Source of the DNA: Desulfobulbus propionicus DSM 2032
GTDB taxonomy: Bacteria > Desulfobacterota > Desulfobulbia > Desulfobulbales > Desulfobulbaceae
Assembly (NCBI RefSeq): GCF_000186885.1
Contig: NC_014972.1
Span: 1,740,001 to 1,772,000 of the forward strand
Reading direction: 5' to 3'
Length of the DNA stretch: 32,000 nucleotides
Shown: positions 16,563 to 23,956 of the stretch, piece after piece
How positions within the stretch are numbered: the first letter of the stretch is position 1
How the letters are laid out: every line of letters begins with the position of its first letter
The notes under the pieces: model-generated
What the model was told of the DNA's origin: nothing
Seen by the model: the letters and a program-made list of their open reading frames with translations, nothing else
Database searches by the model: none
Program-made: the position numbers and the translations under genes

Positions 16563-17406
16563 ATCCCGCTTCCGTCTGCTGCTGATCGGCTCAACCTACA
16601 CCTGGATGGTGGTGCTGGCCCTGATTCCCTATCTGATCCTGCTGGGCGCCAGTTTTCTCGAACGCGGCGAGGGTACCCTGGTGGTTTCTGGGTGGTCGAC
16701 CGTTAACTATCGGCATTTGCTGTCGCCGGCGGTATTCGGCATGGCGCTTGATTCCCTCGCACTGGCGGCGGTGGCCGCCCTGCTCTGTTTGCTGGCAGGC
16801 TATCCCTTTGCCTACATCCTCGCCCAGGCTCCGACCAGGGCCCAGCCGTTGCTGCTCTTGCTGGTGATGATTCCCTTCTGGACCAACTCCCTGATCCGCA
16901 CCTATGCCCTGGTGATGATGCTCAAGGCCGATGGTTTCGTCAACACCCTGTTGCGGGCCGCAGGCCTGATCGAGGCGCCCCTGCAGCTGATGTATACCCC
17001 TATCGCCGTTTTCATCGGTCTGGTCTACACCCTGTTGCCGTTCATGATTTTGCCGCTCTATGCGGCACTCAAGGCGGTGGACCCGCAGCTGCTGGAGGCG
17101 GGACGCGATTTGGGGGCCGGCCGGGTGCAGAATTTTTTTCGCATCACCATGCCCCTGACCATGCCGGGCATCGTGGCCGGCACCATGCTGGTTTTTCTGC
17201 CGGCCTTGGGGATGTTCTATATCTCCGACATCCTCGGCGGCGCCCGCACCATGCTGCTGGGCAACTACATCCGCGACCAATTCCTGGTTTTCCGCGATAT
17301 CCCCATGGGCTCGGCGGCCAGCGTCACCATGACCGTGGCCATGGGCCTGATGCTGGCGCTTCACTATCTGGCCAACCGTCGTTCCGGCCGGGAGATGATG
17401 CGGTGA
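16552..17406 (+). CDS. potB: Spermidine/putrescine ABC transporter permease PotB
   Basis: The track ORF 16144-17406 has a shadow N-terminus overlapping potA. The real start is ATG 16552 (MKTESRFRLLLIGSTYTWMVV...), overlapping the potA end by 11 nt. Contains the EAA-type loop LEAGRDLGAGRVQNFFRITMPL. Confidence 0.9.
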   Translation: MKTESRFRLLLIGSTYTWMVVLALIPYLILLGASFLERGEGTLVVSGWSTVNYRHLLSPAVFGMALDSLALAAVAALLCLLAGYPFAYILAQAPTRAQPLLLLLVMIPFWTNSLIRTYALVMMLKADGFVNTLLRAAGLIEAPLQLMYTPIAVFIGLVYTLLPFMILPLYAALKAVDPQLLEAGRDLGAGRVQNFFRITMPLTMPGIVAGTMLVFLPALGMFYISDILGGARTMLLGNYIRDQFLVFRDIPMGSAASVTMTVAMGLMLALHYLANRRSGREMMR

Positions 17407-18170
17407 ACCGCTGGCTCAAGTACCTTTATGCGGGCGGGGTTTATGCCTTTCTCTACCTGCCGCTGGTGATCGTGGCGGTCTTCTCCTTCAACAGCTCCAA
17501 GTATTCCCTGGCCTGGAAGGGGTTCACCCTCGATTGGTACGGCAAGCTGTGGCAGAACACCGGGCTGACGAGCGCGGCGGTCAACTCCCTGCTCATTGCC
17601 GCCGGTGCCGCCACCCTGGCCACCCTGCTCGGCACGGTGGCCGCCTTCATCCTGCACCAGTACAGATTTCCCGGCCGCCGCTTGTTGTTTGGCGGGCTGT
17701 TCGTGATGATGATGTCGCCCGATATTGTGATCGCCATCTCATTGCTGCTGCTCTTTCTCGCCTTGTCCCTGCCCCTGGGCCTGCCCACCCTTCTGGTCGC
17801 CCACACGGTATTGTGCGTGCCCTTTGTCGCCACCACCGTGTTTTCCCGTTTCCACGGCTTTCAGACCGATATCGTCGATGCCGCCAGGGATCTGGGGGCT
17901 GGCGAGTACCACGTCTTTCGCCACATCGTCCTCCCCCTGGCCGCTCCGGCGGTGGTCGGCGGCTGGCTGCTCAGCTTTACCCTGTCGCTGGACGACGTGA
18001 TCATCAGCTTCTTCACCACCGGGCCGGACTTCGAGGTGCTGCCATTGCGCATCTATTCCATGGTCCGCCTGGGCATCAAACCCGATGTCAATGCACTGTG
18101 CGTGGTGATGATGGCCATCACCATCACCGCGCTCGTCCTTTCCAGAAAACTGCTCAAGGAGAAACAATGA
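17403..18170 (+). CDS. potC: Spermidine/putrescine ABC transporter permease PotC
   Basis: 255 aa. GTG start overlaps the potB TGA (GTGA). Six predicted TM helices. EAA loop VDAARDLGAGEYHVFRHIVLPL. Confidence 0.9.
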   Translation: MNRWLKYLYAGGVYAFLYLPLVIVAVFSFNSSKYSLAWKGFTLDWYGKLWQNTGLTSAAVNSLLIAAGAATLATLLGTVAAFILHQYRFPGRRLLFGGLFVMMMSPDIVIAISLLLLFLALSLPLGLPTLLVAHTVLCVPFVATTVFSRFHGFQTDIVDAARDLGAGEYHVFRHIVLPLAAPAVVGGWLLSFTLSLDDVIISFFTTGPDFEVLPLRIYSMVRLGIKPDVNALCVVMMAITITALVLSRKLLKEKQ

Positions 18171-19219
18171 AAACCATCGTGCATCGCGTCCTACTCACGC
18201 TCCTGGCCCTGTTAACGGTTGTCGTGCCCGGATTTGCCGCCGATAAGGCGGACAAGGTGGTCAACCTCTACATCTGGTCCGAGTACATCCCCGACGAGGT
18301 GATCGCCGCCTTTACCAAGGAGACCGGCATCAAGGTCAACCTGTCGACCTACGACAGCAACGAGGCCATGTACGCCAAGGTCAAGCTGGTGGGCAAAGGC
18401 TACGATCTGGTGGTGCCCTCCTCGGATTATGTGGGACTGATGCGGCGCGAGGGACTGCTGCTGCCGGTCGACACGAAGAAGATTGCCAACTTCTCGCTGA
18501 TCGACCCGAGGTTCACCAATCAGAGCTTTGATCCAGGCAACGGCTATTCAGTCCCCTACATGTGGGGCTCGACCTCGTTGGCGGTCAATACCCAGGTCAT
18601 TGGCGGCGACACGGTGCGGAAGATGGCCGACTTGTGGAAGCCCGAACTCAAGGGCAAGCTGCTGTTGCCCAACGATCCGCGCGAGGTCATGGGCATCGGC
18701 CTCAAGGTGTTGGGCTATTCCATCAACGAGAAGGATCCCGAGCACCTGCGCCAGGCTTTTGAGCGGTTGCAGTCCCTGATGCCGCAGGTGCGGGTGTTCG
18801 ATTCCGATTCGCCCAAGCAAGCCTTGCTTTCCGGGGAAGTGGCCGCTGGTCTGGTGTGGAACGGCGAGGCCTATGTGGCCAACAACGAGAACAAGGCCAT
18901 CCACTACCTCTACCCGCCCGAAGGGTTCAGTCTTTGGGTGGACAGCTTTTGCATCCCCAAGGGAGCGGCCCACGTGGAGGCGGCTCACCGGTTCATCGAC
19001 TATGTGCTTCGGCCGCAGGTGTCGGCGATCATCAGCCAGTCCATGGGGTATTCCTCGCCCAATGCCAAGGTGTTCGACTTTCTTCCCGCGGAGATGAAGA
19101 ACAACCCCATCGTCAATCCTTCGGTCGAAGATGCGGCCCGGGGCGAATTTCTTGACAGTCTGGACGAGCAGACCCTGAAAATATATGAAGGATACTGGGT
19201 GAAGCTGAAGAGCAGGTAA
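18167..19219 (+). CDS. potD: Spermidine/putrescine-binding periplasmic protein PotD/PotF family
   Basis: The track ORF 17534-19219 is N-terminally over-extended. The real start is ATG 18167 (ATGA overlap with the potC stop). Signal peptide MKTIVHRVLLTLLALLTVVVPGFAAD, then VVNLYIWSEYIPDEVIAAFTKETGIKVNLSTYDSNEAMYAK...GYDLVVPSSDYV, typical of PotD/PotF. Confidence 0.92.
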   Translation: MKTIVHRVLLTLLALLTVVVPGFAADKADKVVNLYIWSEYIPDEVIAAFTKETGIKVNLSTYDSNEAMYAKVKLVGKGYDLVVPSSDYVGLMRREGLLLPVDTKKIANFSLIDPRFTNQSFDPGNGYSVPYMWGSTSLAVNTQVIGGDTVRKMADLWKPELKGKLLLPNDPREVMGIGLKVLGYSINEKDPEHLRQAFERLQSLMPQVRVFDSDSPKQALLSGEVAAGLVWNGEAYVANNENKAIHYLYPPEGFSLWVDSFCIPKGAAHVEAAHRFIDYVLRPQVSAIISQSMGYSSPNAKVFDFLPAEMKNNPIVNPSVEDAARGEFLDSLDEQTLKIYEGYWVKLKSR

Positions 19220-19254
19220 CGATTCCGCGCGGACTCACCCTGGGAGTGGCTGCA

Positions 19255-20055
19255 TCATCTCCCCACAAGGTCGAGCAGGACGGTGTCAACGCCGTGGTTG
19301 TGGAAAAAACGGACCATGGCCGGCCGGTGGGTGTGCATCGAGAAGGAGGCGAAATCCGCTGCCCGGAGTTGAATACAGACCCGGCTGCCGGTTTCGTTCT
19401 CCAGGCGCACCCGGCAACCGACAAAACCAAACCGGCGCAGTTCTTCCTCCCATTGTTCGATTTGCCGCAGGCGCTCAACGGTTATGGGCATGCCGCAGGG
19501 GATCCGAGTGGCCAGGCAGGAAGCGGAAGGCTGATCCCAGTCCGTCAATCCCAGCTGTTGACTCAGCTGTCGGACATCCGCCTTGTCAAAGCCGGCCTGG
19601 ACCAGGGGCGTCTGTACGCCCAGTTGGTGGATGGCCCGCAGGCCGGGGCGATGGCTTTTCAGGTCATCGGTATTGGTGCCGTCGAGCAGAACGGAAACCC
19701 CATGTTTTTCGAGTTGTTCTCGAAACAGGGAATACAGGCGGAATTTGCACGAATAGCAACGGTCTTCGGCGTTGACGACAAATTCCTTCCAACGCAGAGG
19801 GTGCACTTCCAGGCGCACCATGGCAACACCCCGGGGGTAGCCGTTGCGTGATGACCAGTGGATGGCCCGATCGATTTCCCGCGATGGCAGGAGGGCCGAT
19901 TCGCCAAACAGCAGTAAGACGTTGCCCGCGCCAAGGGTGTCCAGGGCGCATTTTGCCAGCAGGGAACTGTCGGTGCCTCCGGAAAAGGCCACAGCGACCC
20001 GTCCATGGGCTTGCAGGATCGAGCGCAGTCGGGTGGTCTTGTCGTCAAGATGCAT
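19255..20055 (-). CDS. larE: PP-loop ATP pyrophosphatase, LarE-like sulfur transferase family
   Basis: 266 aa. PP-loop VAVAFSGGTDSSLLA, then DGTNTDDL and PSASCLATRIP, which match the LarE/TIGR00268-type family pattern. An extra CYSCK pair is present. Confidence 0.7.
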   Translation of the reverse strand: MHLDDKTTRLRSILQAHGRVAVAFSGGTDSSLLAKCALDTLGAGNVLLLFGESALLPSREIDRAIHWSSRNGYPRGVAMVRLEVHPLRWKEFVVNAEDRCYSCKFRLYSLFREQLEKHGVSVLLDGTNTDDLKSHRPGLRAIHQLGVQTPLVQAGFDKADVRQLSQQLGLTDWDQPSASCLATRIPCGMPITVERLRQIEQWEEELRRFGFVGCRVRLENETGSRVCIQLRAADFASFSMHTHRPAMVRFFHNHGVDTVLLDLVGR

Positions 20056-20102
20056 GGGGACTGCCCACCGGCTGGCGATGGTGCGGCTCCTGTCGTGAAT
20101 CG

Positions 20103-20879
20103 TCAGAAATTGCGTATATGGACGGAGCCATACAGTTCGATGAGAAATTGTTCGGTGGCCGGCGACAGGTTGATGAATTCAGCCCCGTAGAGATTGTCTT
20201 GTCCATTGACGACCCGCACCTTTTCCTTCATTTTGAAATTTCTGCCAATGGTGCAGGTGACGATCAGCAAATCGTCGATGGAATAGAGCTCGGACGATTC
20301 GAGCCGTAGACCGCCCAGGCTGATATCGACGATGGTGGCACTTTTATTTTTCAAGGTGGTGGTATTGTAACAGGTGGCCAGGATGGCGTGATCGGTGATC
20401 TTCCGTTGATGGATGCGCTTGTGACGTCTTCGGTCCTTTTGCTCGAACGGATATTCATCGATTGCAATCTTCTGTTGCTGTTCGCTGCCTCCCTTGGCAA
20501 TGGAGGCAAAAAGCGGGATGTCCGCGCGGCTGATATGGTCGATAAACCATGCGTCAAGCACATCATGGATCGCATTGCCGCCGTTGTTCCTGTTGCGAAA
20601 ACTCAACCTGAATTTATGAAACTCCTTGATCAAGGCATAATGATCAAGGGTATGCTGCGCCGCAAGCTCATGATGCTCGATGAGTTTCTCCTCCGCTTCA
20701 AAATGGCGAAAAATATAATTTTCAATCACATCAAAAAGGGTGTCGATCACCTTTTTGTCGGCGTGGCTTGCTGAAGCGTTGCCCAGGTCGTTGATCAGGT
20801 CGAAAATGATTTTATGCTGATTGTCAATGAGACCGATGCCCACGTTGAGGGTGTCGTCCCATTCTTTCTTGTGTTTCAT
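20103..20879 (-). CDS. Bacteriohemerythrin domain fused to a PilZ (c-di-GMP binding) domain
   Basis: 258 aa. Hemerythrin ligand pattern: WDDTLNVGIGLIDNQHK, FRHFEAEE, AAQHTLDH, FIDHISRAD. PilZ motifs RRRHKR (aa 150-155) and DISLGG (aa 185-190). The gene is visibly AT-rich. Confidence 0.88.
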   Translation of the reverse strand: MKHKKEWDDTLNVGIGLIDNQHKIIFDLINDLGNASASHADKKVIDTLFDVIENYIFRHFEAEEKLIEHHELAAQHTLDHYALIKEFHKFRLSFRNRNNGGNAIHDVLDAWFIDHISRADIPLFASIAKGGSEQQQKIAIDEYPFEQKDRRRHKRIHQRKITDHAILATCYNTTTLKNKSATIVDISLGGLRLESSELYSIDDLLIVTCTIGRNFKMKEKVRVVNGQDNLYGAEFINLSPATEQFLIELYGSVHIRNF

Positions 20880-21159
20880 GGAGCCTCATGTGCCTGTGGG
20901 GGATGCGATATCCCCGAATGAGTGAACGCCAGGGTAAGAACCGGGCCAGCGGCGCGGGTTTTGTTTCTAGGGTACCTTGAGTGCCATGTCCCGACAAGGT
21001 TTTCGGTAAAAAAAACAGGCCGGGCGCGTCGCGTTTCTCCTCCTGCGGCACCAGGGCGAGAAGGCCGGGTGGTCGAAAAAGGTGACGCCCGCCAAGGCAG
21101 GTGGTATGGTGGACAAGGAGCGATGAATGGTGGATTCCACGACAAAAAAAGAGGATGGA

Positions 21160-21681
21160 ATGAGCAAAGGTTTGCTGATCGTGTTCACCGGCAATGGCAA
21201 GGGGAAGACCACCGCCGCCCTGGGCATGGCCATGCGGGCCGCCGGTCATGGGCTGCGCGTCTGTTTTATCCAGTTCATCAAAGGGAGCTGGCGTTACGGG
21301 GAACTCGAGGCCGTCAAGCGGTTTGCGGGGCTGATCGACCTGCATGTGATGGGCAAGGGGTTTACCTGGAAATCGGAGAACATCGAGGACGATGCCCGGC
21401 TGGCCCGGGAGGCGTGGGACTTCGCCCGTCAGGCCATCAACTCGAACAGCTACCAGATCGTGGTGCTCGATGAATTCACCTACCTGCTCCATTACGGCAT
21501 GCTGGCCCTTGATCCCTGCCTCCAGTTCCTGACCGAGCGCAACCCTGCCCAACATGTGGTCATCACCGGCCGATACGCCCCGCCCTCCCTGCTGGAAGCG
21601 GCCGATCTGGTGACCGAGATGCAGGCAGTCAAGCATCCCCTGGCCAGCGGCATCAAGGCGCAAAAAGGAATCGAATTTTGA
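21160..21681 (+). CDS. cobO: Cob(I)yrinic acid a,c-diamide adenosyltransferase (CobO/BtuR/CobA type)
   Basis: GLLIVFTGNGKGKTTAALGMAMRAAGHGLRVCFIQFIKGSW...VVLDEFTY...VVITGR...VTEMQAVKHPLASGIKAQKGIEF aligns along its length with E. coli BtuR. ATG 21160 has GAGGA upstream. An in-frame ATG at 21127 is an alternative start. Confidence 0.92.
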   Translation: MSKGLLIVFTGNGKGKTTAALGMAMRAAGHGLRVCFIQFIKGSWRYGELEAVKRFAGLIDLHVMGKGFTWKSENIEDDARLAREAWDFARQAINSNSYQIVVLDEFTYLLHYGMLALDPCLQFLTERNPAQHVVITGRYAPPSLLEAADLVTEMQAVKHPLASGIKAQKGIEF

Positions 21682-21712
21682 GCGGTTCGCCATTTTCGTC
21701 GGTGGAGAAGCC

Positions 21713-23215
21713 ATGTCCTTCCTCAAACTGGCTCTGATTCACAGCGCCGCCGAACACAAACAGACAGCCCGCAACCGTGACCGTTTGCTGGATCTGTTTC
21801 GCCAGGCCGGCGAGGCGGGGGCGCAACTGGTGGTGGCGCCGGAAATGGCGGTGTCCGGTTATTCGTTCGATAACCGTCAGGATATCGCCCCGTACACTGA
21901 AACCGCCTCCGGTCCAACCGTGACCGCTTTGGCTGAACTGGCGCGCCACCATGGCCTGTATGCCTGCATCGGCCTGGCTGAACGGGATGTCCGCTCCTCC
22001 ATTTTTTACAACAGCGCCTTTGTGCTTGACCCGCAAGGCGTGCTGGTGTGCCGTTACCGCAAGATCAACGCCGAATATCGGTGGGCCTGCCCCGGCAACC
22101 CGCGGGCGGACAACACCTTTGTCACGCCTTGGGGACGGGTAGGCGTGCTGATCTGTTCCGATTCCTACCACAGTCTGCTGCCGCGAATCACCGCCCTGCG
22201 CGGGGCCGATCTCCTGCTCATTCCGGCCAACTGGCCGCCGACTGGCTTGGACCCGCGTGAAATCTGGCGAACCCGGGCCTTGGAAAACGGCATCGTTGTC
22301 GCGGCCTGCAACCGCACCGGCATGGACCTGGTGATGGATTGCCGCCAAGGACCCAGCGCGGTGTTTGATCCCCATGGGGCCACCCTGCTGAACTGCTCGT
22401 CGCCGGATTCACGGCTGCTGCTGGTGGACCTGCCCTTGAACGCTGATCGCCAGCTGGCCACCGCCCGGCGGCAACGCCTGGCACAACGGCGCATGGCGGA
22501 TATCGGCGACTGTTACCTCAATCTGGCGGGTATCTCTGATCTTACCAGCTTTCTTCGTCTACCGCCCCCCGGACGTCTTGCCATCGAGTGCTTGGTCGCC
22601 CAATCTCCCGGCCAGACGATTGAGGAACTGACAACCGCACCACGATTTGGGGAAGAACAGCAAACCCTGCTGGTTCTCCCCGCAGGCGAGTACGGCGACG
22701 TGGCGCTCGATCGCCTGCAGACGTTGTGCGCCAAAACGGGGTTGAATATCGTCGTGTATCGCGAGGGCGAGAACGCCGGACTCTACTGGTTGGACGGCAA
22801 GGGAGAGCCTCGATGCTGGCCATGGCAGCGGCACCAGCCCCGGGAAACAGCCTTGCCCCGGATCGATTGCGGCTCGGCACGGGTACTGCTGGCGCCGCTT
22901 GCCGCCCTGCGCCATCCCGAACCGGTACTGGCCGGCGTCAAGCAGGGGTGCGACCTGGTGGTGACCAGTGAAGCGCACCTGTCGGCCGATGATCGGCTCA
23001 TCGCCGGTGTCCGTACCATCGAAGGCCTGGCCGTGGCTGTTTGCGCCGGCAACGGCTCCGGCGTATGGATGACACCCGAAGGGCATCAGCGCTGGGAGGA
23101 GGTCTTGGCCGGTCCGGGAGAAAGCTGCCGTTATCTGCTCGACACCCATCGAACGCGCAAGAAGCGGTTTCAGGATCGGGTCGATTACGACCGGCTTCTG
23201 GCGAACGACGATTGA
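21713..23215 (+). CDS. Carbon-nitrogen hydrolase (nitrilase superfamily) protein with a second, catalytically degenerate CN-hydrolase-like domain
   Basis: 500 aa. Domain 1 carries the Glu-Lys-Cys triad context (VVAPEMAVSGY, CRYRKIN, GVLICSDSY). The C-terminal half repeats the fold pattern (LLVLPAGEYG, NIVVYREGE, ARVLLAPLAA, DLVVTSEAH, AVAVCAGNG) without the Cys. Starts 31 nt after cobO. Confidence 0.8.
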   Translation: MSFLKLALIHSAAEHKQTARNRDRLLDLFRQAGEAGAQLVVAPEMAVSGYSFDNRQDIAPYTETASGPTVTALAELARHHGLYACIGLAERDVRSSIFYNSAFVLDPQGVLVCRYRKINAEYRWACPGNPRADNTFVTPWGRVGVLICSDSYHSLLPRITALRGADLLLIPANWPPTGLDPREIWRTRALENGIVVAACNRTGMDLVMDCRQGPSAVFDPHGATLLNCSSPDSRLLLVDLPLNADRQLATARRQRLAQRRMADIGDCYLNLAGISDLTSFLRLPPPGRLAIECLVAQSPGQTIEELTTAPRFGEEQQTLLVLPAGEYGDVALDRLQTLCAKTGLNIVVYREGENAGLYWLDGKGEPRCWPWQRHQPRETALPRIDCGSARVLLAPLAALRHPEPVLAGVKQGCDLVVTSEAHLSADDRLIAGVRTIEGLAVAVCAGNGSGVWMTPEGHQRWEEVLAGPGESCRYLLDTHRTRKKRFQDRVDYDRLLANDD

Positions 23216-23331
23216 TCAGCCGCACACCGGGGAAACAACAAGGGGCCTGATGATGCGGCGCGGCCGTTGTTGCCGAAGGGCAATACGATGCCCAAGAACA
23301 GGGCGGAAAGTACGGTGCCCCGGCCAGGTCT

Positions 23332-23736
23332 TCAATTGACCAGGAATCTGGCCTCCTGTTCCAGCCATTTCAAGGCGCGGCCATAAAATTTGGCTTCATC
23401 GAGCGGCACATTGGCAAACAGCGGCCGGGCTTCCAGGGGCAACTGATCGGAACAGAGGCGAATTTCACTCTCATCCCGGAAACGCAGCACCAGGGAACTG
23501 TCTTTTTTCAGCAACCCTTCCTCAAACACCGAAACGAGGATATCCGTGTTGAACACGGACAGCTCTTCATCCAGCACGGCGGAACGGAGGTCAATGACCA
23601 GTTCCCGGCACTGCGCCATGCCGAGCATGGTCTGGGCGATCTGGAGGATATCCCAGGCGGTGTCATCGGTTAATTCCCCCGTCACAACAATCGAATAGGC
23701 CGTACCGTCATTCTGCTTGCTGATTCTGAATCGCAT
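23332..23736 (-). CDS. Small cytoplasmic protein, STAS-like (anti-sigma-antagonist-like) pattern; function unknown
   Basis: The track ORF runs to 23793. I prefer ATG 23736 (MRFRISKQ...), which has GGGAGGGA 5 nt upstream. YSIVVTGELTDDTAWDIL...CRELVIDLRSAVLDEE resembles a STAS beta-alpha pattern. The fold call is inference. Confidence 0.6.
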   Translation of the reverse strand: MRFRISKQNDGTAYSIVVTGELTDDTAWDILQIAQTMLGMAQCRELVIDLRSAVLDEELSVFNTDILVSVFEEGLLKKDSSLVLRFRDESEIRLCSDQLPLEARPLFANVPLDEAKFYGRALKWLEQEARFLVN

Positions 23737-23772
23737 GGCGTCCCTCCCGGTGAGTGTTTGCGTACCCTCTGT

Positions 23773-23800
23773 ATTCATACAAGCAAAGATCACCGGTCAA
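23773..23800 (-). promoter_or_regulatory. Sigma70-like promoter candidate for the small STAS-like gene
   Basis: The minus strand reads TTGACC (23800-23795), a 15-16 nt spacer, then TATGAAT (23779-23773). Lies about 40 nt upstream of the ATG at 23736. Confidence 0.35.
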
Positions 23801-23956
23801 GTACAGTAAAAATTTAGTAAAGATTCTCAGTGGTGAGCGGAAGAGATTTTCTCCGTGATGTGAGCCGGTTCACAGGCCATGACATATTGAGCGCAAAACG
23901 CTTGAGCAGCGCCGGCGAGTCGACAAACCAGAGCTTTGGCCACGATGTGCCGAGGA

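Noticed and set aside
20880-21126. Possible cobalamin riboswitch upstream of cobO
   Set aside because: I looked on the plus strand for the B12-box-like core and the conserved GGTG..AA..CC / GCCACTG-type segments and found no convincing match. A covariance-model scan would be needed to be sure.
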